Notes: a model not told the origin generated them from the letters alone. DNA of 64,000 nt from Sulfuricella sp. (GCA_035530375.1 DATKUY010000038.1:34229-98228), one strand, 5' to 3'. Positions 25,860 through 35,242 are shown, numbered from the stretch's first letter. Made by a program: numbers and translations.

Positions 25860-26400
25860 CTATCCACCGCCTTTCGCTTCGCTACAGGTGCCCTGCGTTG
25901 CTCGCCAAGCCGGGCTGCTGCGGAACTCGCGCTACGCGCTCAAACAATCCGCGCAGAAATCTCCCGGCTTGTCTGCGCTACTCGGCGGCGGCTCAAGGGG
26001 AAGTTAAACCAAACAACCCATCCCCATCCTGGCCTTCCCCTATGAAGGGGAAGGAACAGTAGCCCTCTCTCCCTCCGGGAGAGAGCTGGAGAGAGGGGCG
26101 GAGGCGAAGAAAATCGACTTGCTGCGACCACCCGTTTTTCCCCCTCTGTGCCGCCTCGATTTTCCGAAAAGGTCGGGCGGCTGCGGAAACTCGCGCGTTG
26201 CGCTCAAACAGCCGCAGCCGACGGCCCCCGATCTTTTCGAAAAATCGAGGGAAGCCCACAGGGCCGGTGCGGGTGGGTGTCCTTTTGTTTGGTTACTTCT
26301 ATTTTGGACAAGCAAAATAAAGTAACCTGCTGCCGGGCAGCCCCCGGCATATAAGCAACTGCGCGTAGCGCACTCAAAACCTATCACCGCTTGTAACAAC
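25860..26400. repeat. Repeat-dense non-coding tract (REP-like hairpins plus a thrice-repeated ~30-nt motif)
   Basis: The motif GCTGCGGAA(A)CTCGCGC..GCGCTCAAACA occurs at 25917-25946 and 26180-26210, with a diverged copy at 26357-26380. Hairpins are CCTTCCCC-tatga-AGGGGAAGG (26033-26054) and CCCTCTCTCC...GGAGAGAGGG (26063-26097). There is no convincing ORF. Confidence 0.6.
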
Positions 26401-26495
26401 TAGAACAAAGACCTAACATTCCAATACAAAATTTAATCGCACCTAGCTCCATATTCATTTGCGGCGAATTCAAAATTTAAGAAGGCTACAGCCAC

Positions 26496-26996
26496 ATGGC
26501 AACAGGATTGAGTACACAGCTAACACGCCAGATCGGTGAACACCTAGTAACTGCTGAGCTTGGAAGACGAGGAATTATTGCGACCCCATTTGCAGGTAAT
26601 GTGCCTGATATAGATATTCTTTCGTTTGCCAATGGGATATCTACATCTATCCAGGTAAAGGCCATCAACGGAAATTCTTGGCAATTTGATGTTCGTTCTT
26701 TTTTGGATGTAACCGTGACCGAACAGGGCCAAAAAATTAATGGACTCAATCAAAATCTGGACAAGAAAATAATTTGTGTATTTGTCGCAGTTGAAAAAAA
26801 ATTGGGGGAAGACGCATTTTATGTATTTCAGTTGGGGTGGCTTCAAGATTATTTTCACAACAACTATAAAGGTCGGCAGGCACCCAAAAATATTGAGTCT
26901 TTTCACTGCGCAATTTGGAAGCGCGATCTTGAGCAGCACTTGGAAAAATGGAGTTTAATTGAGCGCAAGTTCAAATTAAAACCGACTAACACTTAA
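26496..26996 (+). CDS. Orphan hypothetical protein in an AT-rich islet, possible PD-(D/E)xK nuclease fold
   Basis: 166 aa. It is visibly AT-rich (about 40% GC by eye) against GC-rich flanks. Candidate motif order is E15 (GEHLV), D38/D40 (VPDIDIL), Q53-x-K55 (IQVKA). The function is not established. Confidence 0.6.
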   Translation: MATGLSTQLTRQIGEHLVTAELGRRGIIATPFAGNVPDIDILSFANGISTSIQVKAINGNSWQFDVRSFLDVTVTEQGQKINGLNQNLDKKIICVFVAVEKKLGEDAFYVFQLGWLQDYFHNNYKGRQAPKNIESFHCAIWKRDLEQHLEKWSLIERKFKLKPTNT

Positions 26997-27016
26997 CAAT
27001 TAAAGCCCAACCCCGG

Positions 27017-30000
27017 CTAATCAACCTCAAACACCAACCCATTCCCAAACACCAACACCGCCCTAACCGGTTTGGCCGAAAACACCCCGCCCATGGCGTC
27101 AAGATACTCCCGCATCACACCCAGATAAGGCTTGGCGCAAGCCGCCAGATTCGCTTCCTCTGCCCGTTCGGCGGCCTTGAAATCCAGTATCCAGACACTG
27201 TCCTCGAACTCGACCAGCCGGTCGAGCCGCCGGCTGTCGCCTGCCGCCGTACGGTAGGGCAGTTCTTTCCAGGCACTGAGATAACATGCCGGATCGAAGA
27301 AGCGCTGCAAATGCGGAGCCTGCATGAGGTTCATGGCATCCTGCCAGAGCGCATCAAATTCGGCCCCATCCACGTCCAGCTTCTCTTGCAGCCAAACCCG
27401 GTCAAGCACCGCCGCAGGCGGGGCGACCCACTCCAGCAGCGCATGCAGCCGGATGCCGTGGCGCTGCGCGGCGGTGAGGCTCTGGCTGATGCGCTTGCCG
27501 GTGGGCATGAGCGGCGCTGAGCCGACATGAAAAACCGGGGCGGCGGTTTCCGCCTGCGCCGCATCGGGGGATAGCAAGGGCATCTGGCCGAGTTCGCAAA
27601 TTTCCACGGCCTCTTCGCCGGCCACGGCGTTCCAGATTTTTCCGTGCCAGCCTTCCGCCGTGCCGCGCGTGGACGCGCAGCCACTGACGATCAGCGCCTG
27701 CCGGGCGCGGGTCATGGCGACATACAGCAGGTTGAGGTCTTCGCGCCGTTCCTGTTCGGCCTCGGCATCGAACACCGGCTGCCATTGCGCGGCGCGTTCG
27801 CGCTTGCCGGCATACAGGAAAAAATTCTGCGGCTTGGCACTTTCCGGCGGCCAGTCGAGCATGGCCCGGTAGCCGCGTTCGTTACGGGGAGCGGCATTGG
27901 CGTCGAGCAGCCAGACGATCGGCGCTTCCAGCCCTTTGGAGCCGTGGATAGTAAGGATGCGCAGCGCATTGCCGGCATCGCCGACGATGCCTTCGTCGGG
28001 CGCTTCCTCTGCGCGCGCCCGGCGCAGTTGCTGGAGTTCGTTGATGAATTTCGGCAGGCTGGGGTAGCGGCCGCTGTCCAGCTTCAGCGCCTGCTCCATG
28101 AAGGCATGGAGATTGGACTGCACGGCGCCACGCATCGCTTCCGGCACGGCGGCATGGTAGCGCTGCAGCAGCTCGCCCTCGAAATAGATGCGGTCGAGCA
28201 GGTCGTGCACCGGCAGCCGGTCGGTCAATGCCAGCCAGCCTTGCAGCAGGCCCAAGGCGCGGCGCAATGCCGGGCTGGCCTGCTCGCGCCCGGCCACGGC
28301 ATGCAGGCGCGCCCACCAGGAACCGTCGGCCTCGCTCGCCAGTGCCATCAGATCCTCGTCGGTGCAGGCGATCAGCGGCGAACGTAGCGTCTGCGCCAGG
28401 CACAGGTCGGCGAACGGAGTGATGAGGAAGGTCAGCAGCGCGATCAGGTCGCGGCATTCCAGCGTGTCCAGCAGGCCGCCCTGGCGCGAGCTGACATAGG
28501 GGATGCGCGCATCGCGCAACGCCCTTTCGTAAATATCCAGACGGGTACGGCTGCGCTTCAGCAGCAGAATGTCGCGGAACTCGGCGGGCCTTTCCTCGCC
28601 ACTTTCCGCTGTCACCTGCCACTGACCGACGATACTGCGGATTTTTCCCGCCAGTTGCTGCGCTTCCCGCTCGACGCGCTGATCTTCCGCCTCATGCAGC
28701 GGCTCGATCAGGGGATTGCGCAAGGTCATTGCCGCTAGCGACGCTTCAGCGTCTTCCCCTGCTTCTGCCAAAGGCAACACTTCCACCCGGCCCGGCAGCT
28801 CGCCATGAAACGCCTGGTGCGACTCGAAGCCGGTGAACGCCGGCTCTTGTTCAAACAGACGGTTGACCGCCGCCAGCACCGGCGTGGCACTGCGGCGCGA
28901 GACGTTCTGCTGCAGCCGGGCCGCACCGTAGCCCTGCTCGAGGAAATCGGCGGCGATGCCGAACAGGCGCGCGTCGGCACGGCGGAAACGGTAGATCGCC
29001 TGCTTCGGGTCGCCCACCAGGAAGACGGTGGGCGCACTGCCGGCTCCCGCCGAGGCATCGAGCCAGGAACGCATGATCTGCCATTGCAGCGGATTGGTGT
29101 CCTGAAACTCGTCGAGCAGGATATGGCGGTAGCGCGCATCGAGCTTGTACTGCATGTACTCGGCATGGTCGGAATGGTTGAGCAGGCGGTGGACGCGCCA
29201 TTCCACGTCGGTGAAATCGACTGTCCGCCGTTCTTCCTTGAGACGCTGGTAGGCCGCCAGAAATTCTGCGCCGCAACGCAGGGCGGCAAGGTTGAAGCGC
29301 CAGGCGGCTTGGGCGGTGAGCGCATCGCGCACAGCGGTAAGGCGCTCGCATAAGCGGCCATGCAGTTCAAGCAAGCGCGCTTCGCCCTCCGCGCCCAGAC
29401 GCTTTGCCTGATCTTTGCTCGCCTTGCGCTTTCTCGGTTCGCCTTTCTGAGTGAAGAATATGGCAAAGATCGCTTCGAAGCGTTCGGAGATATCCCTCTC
29501 CCCGACCCCTCTCCCGTTTGCGGGAGAGGGGCTTATGCTCCCCTCGCCCACTTGTGGGAGAGGGGTCGGGGGAGAGGGCGCCACCGCCAGAACTCGCGCC
29601 AGCCCGACCGCCAGCCCCTTGTCGGTATCCGTGTTGATTTCCAGCAGCCCCAGAAAGGACTGCAAATCCAGTGTTAAATCATTATCCGCGAATAGCTCGG
29701 CAACCACGTCCCGCTCCGGTTCCACCCCGAGATCACGGCGCAGGGCTTCGGCGGCAAATTGCGCCGGGTCGTCAGCGCCTTCGGTATAGGCCCACCATTC
29801 GGCGCGTCTGGCGACAAAATCGAGCAGCAGGCTGCGGGTGCTGTGCAGGCCGTATTCGGCGAACAGGAAATCCAGCGCCTGAGCCGTTTCTGAATCGGGC
29901 TCGGTGCGCAGCGCTTCGGCGAACAGTTGCCATGCCTCCTCGAGCAGGGTGGAGGTTTGATCCAGCAGGCCCCAGTCGCCGCCCACGCCGCTGTCCAGCG

Positions 30001-30415
30001 GCGCGCGCTGGAGCAGTTGCAAAAACCAGCCATGAAAGGTGTTGATGGTGATGCCGGGCTGGGCGGCAAGGAAGGTTTCGAACAGGCTGCGGGCGCGCGG
30101 CAGCAGGCTCTCGATCTCATGCTCCGGCACGGCGCGCGCGCGCAGAAATTTTCTGACCTCGTCATCGGACTCCAGCGCCAGCAGGCGCAGCCAGTCATGC
30201 AGGCGCGACGCCATTTCCTGCGCCGCCTTGCGGGTAAAGGTGATCGCCAGAATCTCGGACGGCGCGGCACCGGCCAGCAGCAGGCGCACGATGCGCGACA
30301 CCAGCAGCCAGGTCTTGCCGCTGCCGGCACAGGCCTCGACCACCGCCGAACGGGTGGGGTCGAGAGCGGCGCGGTTGATCGCACTTCCATCACGGTTCAG
30401 CATGACACGGTCCAT
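27017..30415 (-). CDS. addA: Double-strand break repair helicase-nuclease AddA (UvrD-type helicase plus C-terminal PD-(D/E)xK nuclease)
   Basis: 1132 aa. Walker A ACAGSGKTW. UvrD motifs (ILAITFTRKAA, ILLDEFQDTN, VGDPKQAIYRFR, TIHGSKGLE, LLYVAMTRAR). C-terminal RLDRLVEF...WILDFK. Confidence 0.9.
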   Translation of the reverse strand: MDRVMLNRDGSAINRAALDPTRSAVVEACAGSGKTWLLVSRIVRLLLAGAAPSEILAITFTRKAAQEMASRLHDWLRLLALESDDEVRKFLRARAVPEHEIESLLPRARSLFETFLAAQPGITINTFHGWFLQLLQRAPLDSGVGGDWGLLDQTSTLLEEAWQLFAEALRTEPDSETAQALDFLFAEYGLHSTRSLLLDFVARRAEWWAYTEGADDPAQFAAEALRRDLGVEPERDVVAELFADNDLTLDLQSFLGLLEINTDTDKGLAVGLARVLAVAPSPPTPLPQVGEGSISPSPANGRGVGERDISERFEAIFAIFFTQKGEPRKRKASKDQAKRLGAEGEARLLELHGRLCERLTAVRDALTAQAAWRFNLAALRCGAEFLAAYQRLKEERRTVDFTDVEWRVHRLLNHSDHAEYMQYKLDARYRHILLDEFQDTNPLQWQIMRSWLDASAGAGSAPTVFLVGDPKQAIYRFRRADARLFGIAADFLEQGYGAARLQQNVSRRSATPVLAAVNRLFEQEPAFTGFESHQAFHGELPGRVEVLPLAEAGEDAEASLAAMTLRNPLIEPLHEAEDQRVEREAQQLAGKIRSIVGQWQVTAESGEERPAEFRDILLLKRSRTRLDIYERALRDARIPYVSSRQGGLLDTLECRDLIALLTFLITPFADLCLAQTLRSPLIACTDEDLMALASEADGSWWARLHAVAGREQASPALRRALGLLQGWLALTDRLPVHDLLDRIYFEGELLQRYHAAVPEAMRGAVQSNLHAFMEQALKLDSGRYPSLPKFINELQQLRRARAEEAPDEGIVGDAGNALRILTIHGSKGLEAPIVWLLDANAAPRNERGYRAMLDWPPESAKPQNFFLYAGKRERAAQWQPVFDAEAEQERREDLNLLYVAMTRARQALIVSGCASTRGTAEGWHGKIWNAVAGEEAVEICELGQMPLLSPDAAQAETAAPVFHVGSAPLMPTGKRISQSLTAAQRHGIRLHALLEWVAPPAAVLDRVWLQEKLDVDGAEFDALWQDAMNLMQAPHLQRFFDPACYLSAWKELPYRTAAGDSRRLDRLVEFEDSVWILDFKAAERAEEANLAACAKPYLGVMREYLDAMGGVFSAKPVRAVLVFGNGLVFEVD
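29484..29568. repeat. REP-like compound palindrome embedded in frame in addA
   Basis: CCCTCTCCCCGACCCCTCTCCC (29484-29505) pairs with GGGAGAGGGGTCGGGGGAGAGGG (29546-29568). The inner hairpin is CCCCTCTCCCG-tttg-CGGGAGAGGGG (29496-29521). It is translated as ...PSPPTPLPQVGEGSISPSPANGRGVGE... Confidence 0.7.
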
Positions 30416-30431
30416 AATGTCGCTAAAAACA

Positions 30432-30515
30432 TTTCACCGCAAAGGACGCCAGGGTACGCAAAGGAAATTGAATTCATGGTGTACCTCGCGTTCCTTGGCG
30501 TACCTCGCGGTGAAA
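30432..30515. repeat. Imperfect inverted repeat (REP-like) in the addB-addA gap
   Basis: TTTCACCGCAAAGGACGCCAGGGTACGCAAAGGAA faces GTACCTCGCGTTCCTTGGCGTACCTCGCGGTGAAA. About 26 of 35 positions are complementary by hand count. Confidence 0.5.
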
Positions 30516-30531
30516 GCTGTTGATCGTCTCT

Positions 30532-33306
30532 TTAAACTCCATCATGGTCATCCCGGTAATCCTTGCGGCACAGGCCGCTCATCTCGCACCAGGCGCAGGC
30601 CTGGTCGTTGCCTTGGGCGGGCAGCGTCGCACCGCGATAGATGCCGTTGAACAGCTCGCGCAACCGCAGTTCGGTGGACTTGCCCAGCGCATGGATTTCT
30701 TCCTGCGGCACCGCCTTGATCTCGCCTTCCTCGTCCACCGGCACGAACGCCGCCTCGACTACTGCGCCCCCCAGCAGCAGGGCGTACACCGGCAACTGCA
30801 CGTCCTCGCCCAGGGCTTCCAGCTTTTTCTTCAGCACGAGGCGGCTCTGCGTCTTGTAATCCAGCACCGCGTAAGCGGCTTCGCCATCGTCCGACCGGGT
30901 GTCGACGCGGTCGATCCGACCCTTCAAGGTCAGATTGCGCCCTTCGTCCAGCGCCAGTTCCAGCATACGTTTCAGCTCGCCGTCGTGCCAGCGCCAGCCT
31001 TCCCGCTCACGCGCCGCCTGCCAGTCGAGGTAAGCGGGAATATGCGCTTCCCAGCGCAAGGCCCAGGCGCGGGCGAGATAATCCGCCTCCAGCGCCTGTT
31101 TGAATTCCTCGCGGCTGATCTCGCGCAGCGCCTGCTCCAGTTCTACGCGCCCATGGCCGCCGATGACCGGATAATGCTGGTGGAAATGGTGCAGGATGGC
31201 ATGGACGTGTTCGCCGTAATCCTTTTTCTCCAGCGCCTGCTGCACTTCGTCCAGCTCGTTCAGGTGCAGGGCGTGGCGCGCATAAAACTGGTAGGGGCAG
31301 GCCATCAGGCTGTTGTAGCCGCTGGCGGAAAGGCTGGCCGGAACCAGTTCTGGCGGCAGTATCGGTCGGGATGTAACCGGCCGGGGAAGAGAAACGCCGG
31401 CCTCCTCAGCCATATTCCCGATCAGCAGACGTGGCAGCCCTTCGCCATAAGCCAGCTCGTGAAAAGCTTCCAGCCTTTCTATCCACGGACTGGCCAGATT
31501 GGGCTCGGCGTTTTTCTGCGCCTGCCAGGTCACCAGCATGGCGCCGCAGCTTGCCAGCAGTTCGGAAAAATCCAGCATGGTCCGGCGCAGTTCCTGCTCG
31601 AACGTCGGCAGCCCCAGTTGCACCCGCACCGACTGGTTGAAGAAGGCGCTTTCCCGCCCCTGCCCCGGAAAATGGGCGGCGTCGCCGCCGGCCACGATCA
31701 CGCCATCGAAGCGGCGCAACCGGGTGGCACCGAGATGGGTGAACACCACCGGACTGGTGATGCCGGTATCGCGGAAGGTGGCGGCCTCCAACTGGCCGTC
31801 GAGCCAGCGCCGCCATTCGCTCAGGGAGAACACGCCCTGATCGCGGCTCAATTCTCTTTGCAGACGGGCCAACAGCCGCAGCAACTGCTCCCCGGCCAAA
31901 TCCTGTGCCAGGCCCTGGCGCAAGCCGAGGGTATCCAGACTTTCGAGCAGGCTGGCAAGCCACGCCGAGAGGGCGCGCTTGCGTCCGCCGAATCCAGCCT
32001 GGGCCTGTTCCAGCCGCGCCAGCAGGTCGAGCACTTCAACCGCATCCTCACGCCGAGCCAGATTGCGGTAGTGGTGCAGGCCGGAGACCACGCTGTGACG
32101 CCGCACCAGCTGCTCCAGGCGATAAACGGCACGTTTGCGCAAACCGGCATCCCAGTCGGAAAAAATCAGCGGGGACTTGAGCAGATCGAGCAGATCGAGA
32201 TGGTGAAACCGGCTTGCCATGGCGTCCAGCCAGCGCATCACGACGGCGCTCGCCGCCACGGTGGAAAATGTCCAGCCGGTTTCGTCCGCCACCAGTATCT
32301 GGCTGCGTTCCAGCAGTGCGCGGGCACGCCGCGCCACCATCCGGTCCTGGACGATCACCGCGATGGCGGTTTTGCCCTGCCGCAGCCAATCGCGAATTGT
32401 TTCGCTCAGCGCTTCGGCTTCCTGTTCCAGGCTGTGCGCGGGAAACAACGCCAGATTTTCACGCAGCGGACTTGCCGGGTGGTTGCGGCGAAAAACCGTG
32501 GCGCGCTCGCGCAGGCTCGGCGCCGCATTTTCCTCCGATGAGATCGGAGGCTGCCAAGCGGTTCCCAGCAATGCGCCGACAGCATTATCGGGGAAATTCT
32601 CGTCGCAGCCGAACAGTTGCACCGGCTGGCGCCCGGCATAACGGCGAAAGAAATCCCGCTCCATCGGCGTCAGGCCGGACAAGCCGACCGCGTACAGGGG
32701 TGCGCAGGCATCGTCGGCCAGCCGCCCCAGCCGCATATGATAAGCAGTGATGCCGTCCACGCTGTCGTCATTGTCCCGGCTCATGGCATACCACAGCTCA
32801 TGCACCAGCCGCGCTTCGAATTGCAGCGGCGTACCGGATCGTGCCTGGTAAGCCTGCTCCAGCCAGGCGACAAATTCAGCATAGGAAGTCGGCAGGCTGA
32901 CGCCCTGCCGGGCAATATCGTCGAACAGGCTGAGCAGTTCGCGGCTGATATGCCACAAATCGGCATCGGCAAACCAGTTGCGGCTGCGCAAGGCCTGATA
33001 AAGCAGCGCCGCACGGCAACTGTCCGGTGCGGTTTCGCGATCCAGCGGCACCGTTGCGGCCCACTCCGTCAAGGTGGTCATCCGCGGCAACAACAGCGCA
33101 CCGCCAGCCGCTGCCTCGCACAGCGCCGCGCCCATCGCATCGGCGGCATAAAAATTGGGCAGGAGAACGATCAGGTCGGCCAGGTTGGGCAGGCACTCCC
33201 GCTCAAGCGCGACGATCTCCTGCGCGGCGCTGCGCAACAGGCTGGATTCGGTGGTTTTCCGCATAACCATGAATGTGGTGAGTGCCAGAAAAAAGTGGGG
33301 AACCAT
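30532..33306 (-). CDS. addB: Double-strand break repair protein AddB (proteobacterial type, PD-(D/E)xK nuclease with FeS cysteines)
   Basis: 924 aa; the start is uncertain (alternative Met codons at 33270 and 33264). C-terminal nuclease GRIDRVD...AVLDYKT. Cysteines: ACPYQFY plus CAWCEMSGLC. Confidence 0.88.
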   Translation of the reverse strand: MVPHFFLALTTFMVMRKTTESSLLRSAAQEIVALERECLPNLADLIVLLPNFYAADAMGAALCEAAAGGALLLPRMTTLTEWAATVPLDRETAPDSCRAALLYQALRSRNWFADADLWHISRELLSLFDDIARQGVSLPTSYAEFVAWLEQAYQARSGTPLQFEARLVHELWYAMSRDNDDSVDGITAYHMRLGRLADDACAPLYAVGLSGLTPMERDFFRRYAGRQPVQLFGCDENFPDNAVGALLGTAWQPPISSEENAAPSLRERATVFRRNHPASPLRENLALFPAHSLEQEAEALSETIRDWLRQGKTAIAVIVQDRMVARRARALLERSQILVADETGWTFSTVAASAVVMRWLDAMASRFHHLDLLDLLKSPLIFSDWDAGLRKRAVYRLEQLVRRHSVVSGLHHYRNLARREDAVEVLDLLARLEQAQAGFGGRKRALSAWLASLLESLDTLGLRQGLAQDLAGEQLLRLLARLQRELSRDQGVFSLSEWRRWLDGQLEAATFRDTGITSPVVFTHLGATRLRRFDGVIVAGGDAAHFPGQGRESAFFNQSVRVQLGLPTFEQELRRTMLDFSELLASCGAMLVTWQAQKNAEPNLASPWIERLEAFHELAYGEGLPRLLIGNMAEEAGVSLPRPVTSRPILPPELVPASLSASGYNSLMACPYQFYARHALHLNELDEVQQALEKKDYGEHVHAILHHFHQHYPVIGGHGRVELEQALREISREEFKQALEADYLARAWALRWEAHIPAYLDWQAAREREGWRWHDGELKRMLELALDEGRNLTLKGRIDRVDTRSDDGEAAYAVLDYKTQSRLVLKKKLEALGEDVQLPVYALLLGGAVVEAAFVPVDEEGEIKAVPQEEIHALGKSTELRLRELFNGIYRGATLPAQGNDQACAWCEMSGLCRKDYRDDHDGV

Positions 33307-33525
33307 CGGATTTTATCCCGAAACAGGAATACATAAACAACGCATTCCCCTTGCTGGATTTTTTTGGTTGGTATATAAAGTGAAAAGATAAATTTCATTC
33401 CCGGCCCACAAGAGCTGGCAGTTCGTCTGTTACAACACAACTACAAACAAATAAAAATCATCAAGCGGTCGCAGCGTTTCACTATATTTTTCCGTTGATT
33501 CTCTTTGAATTGGAGCAAAAACCCC

Positions 33526-33852
33526 ATGAGCGAGCATATTTACTACGTCACCGACGACACCTTCGAACAGGAAGTCCTGCAATCCCCATTGCCCGTGCTG
33601 GTCGATTACTGGGCGGACTGGTGCGGCCCGTGCAAAATGATTGCACCGGTACTCGACGAAGTGGCGCAGGAATACGCCGGACGCCTCAAGATCGCCAAGC
33701 TCAACATCGACGAAAACCAGGCCACGCCGCCGAAATACGGCATCCGTGGCATCCCGACCCTGATGATTTTCAAGAACGGCAACATCGAGGCGACCAAAGT
33801 CGGCGCCCTGTCCAAATCGCAACTGACCGCATTTATTGACAGCAACATATAA
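33526..33852 (+). CDS. trxA: Thioredoxin
   Basis: ATG 33526 is preferred over the TTG at 33505. 108 aa: [17 protein letters not shown]...[15 protein letters not shown]. Confidence 0.95.
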   Translation: MSEHIYYVTDDTFEQEVLQSPLPVLVDYWADWCGPCKMIAPVLDEVAQEYAGRLKIAKLNIDENQATPPKYGIRGIPTLMIFKNGNIEATKVGALSKSQLTAFIDSNI

Positions 33853-33862
33853 AGCCATTAAC

Positions 33863-33900
33863 CTTGCGCCTGACCTGCCCTTTCTGGGCTCAGGCGCAAG
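33863..33900 (+). terminator. Hairpin after trxA, in the rho leader (no T-run)
   Basis: 11-bp perfect stem CTTGCGCCTGA-N16-TCAGGCGCAAG. Confidence 0.45.
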
Positions 33901-33924
33901 TTAGTTCCCGCCGCACTCTTTCCA

Positions 33925-33956
33925 GATTTACATTCTCATTGATTTACATTCTCATT
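33925..33956 (+). repeat. Perfect tandem duplication of a 16-mer in the rho leader
   Basis: GATTTACATTCTCATT occurs twice back to back, ending 26 nt before the rho ATG. Confidence 0.85.
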
Positions 33957-33982
33957 CTCTTGATTCACTCGACCATACCGCC

Positions 33983-35242
33983 ATGCGCTTATCCGATTTA
34001 AAACATCTCCCCGTCACCGAACTCGTCGAAATGGCGATCACCAACGAAATTGAGGGCGCCAGCCGCCTGCGCAAGCAGGACCTGATTTTTGCCTTGCTGA
34101 AGAACCAGGCCAAACGAGGCGAAAGCATCTATGGTGAAGGCACGTTGGAAGTCTTGCCGGACGGCTTCGGCTTCCTGCGTTCGCCCGATACTTCCTACCT
34201 GGCAGGGCCGGACGACATTTACGTCAGCCCCTCGCAGATCCGCCGCTTCAACCTGCATACCGGCGACTCCATCGAGGGTGAAATCCGCACCCCCAAGGAG
34301 GGCGAGCGTTATTTCGCGCTGGTCAAGGTGGACAAGGTCAACGGCGAACCGCCGGAAAACTCCAAGCACAAGATCCTGTTCGAGAACCTGACGCCGCTGT
34401 TCCCGAACCAGCCGCTGATTCTGGAACGCGACATCAAGGCTGAAGAAAACATCACCGGCCGCGTCATCGACATGGTCGCGCCAATCGGCAAGGGCCAACG
34501 CGGCCTGCTGGTGGCCTCGCCGAAATCCGGCAAGACCGTGATGCTCCAGCATATCGCCCACGCCATCACCGCCAACCATCCTGAAGTCATCCTGATCGTT
34601 CTGCTGATCGACGAGCGGCCGGAAGAAGTGACGGAAATGACGCGCACGGTGCGCGGCGAAGTGGTCGCCTCGACTTTCGACGAGCCCGCCACGCGCCATG
34701 TCCAGGTCGCCGAAATGGTGCTGGAAAAAGCCAAGCGCCTGGTCGAGCACAAAAAGGATGTGGTGATCCTGCTCGATTCGATTACCCGCCTGGCACGCGC
34801 CTACAACACCGTGGTACCTGCTTCCGGCAAGGTGCTCACCGGCGGCGTGGACGCCAACGCCCTGCAGCGCCCCAAGCGCTTCTTCGGTGCGGCGCGCAAT
34901 ATCGAGGAAGGCGGTTCGCTGACCATCATCGCTACTGCGCTGGTGGATACCGGATCGCGCATGGACGATGTAATCTACGAGGAATTCAAGGGCACCGGTA
35001 ACATGGAAATCCACATGGATCGCAAGATGGCGGAGAAACGCCTATACCCGGCGATCAACGTCAACCGTTCCGGCACGCGCAAGGAAGAACTGCTGATCAA
35101 GCCCGACATCCTGCAAAAGATCTGGGTACTGCGTAAATTGCTGTACCCGATGGACGATCTGGAAGCGATGGAGTTTCTCCTCGACAAGGTCAGGGCAACC
35201 AAGAACAACGCCGATTTCTTCGACTCCATGCGTCGAGGGTAA
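33983..35242 (+). CDS. rho: Transcription termination factor Rho
   Basis: 419 aa. [18 protein letters not shown]..., RNA-binding domain, Walker A PKSGKT. Confidence 0.97.
   Translation: MRLSDLKHLPVTELVEMAITNEIEGASRLRKQDLIFALLKNQAKRGESIYGEGTLEVLPDGFGFLRSPDTSYLAGPDDIYVSPSQIRRFNLHTGDSIEGEIRTPKEGERYFALVKVDKVNGEPPENSKHKILFENLTPLFPNQPLILERDIKAEENITGRVIDMVAPIGKGQRGLLVASPKSGKTVMLQHIAHAITANHPEVILIVLLIDERPEEVTEMTRTVRGEVVASTFDEPATRHVQVAEMVLEKAKRLVEHKKDVVILLDSITRLARAYNTVVPASGKVLTGGVDANALQRPKRFFGAARNIEEGGSLTIIATALVDTGSRMDDVIYEEFKGTGNMEIHMDRKMAEKRLYPAINVNRSGTRKEELLIKPDILQKIWVLRKLLYPMDDLEAMEFLLDKVRATKNNADFFDSMRRG

Noticed and set aside
26401-27016. Mobile-element hallmarks around the AT-rich islet (integrase, transposase, tRNA target, flanking direct repeats)
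   Set aside because: None could be found by eye in this window. The islet is reported only as compositionally atypical, not as a defined mobile element.
30520-32541. 673-aa plus-strand ORF
   Set aside because: It is antisense to addB and has no recognizable motifs. It is a shadow ORF. The same reasoning applies to 27644-28387, 28805-29353 and the other ORFs overlapping addA.
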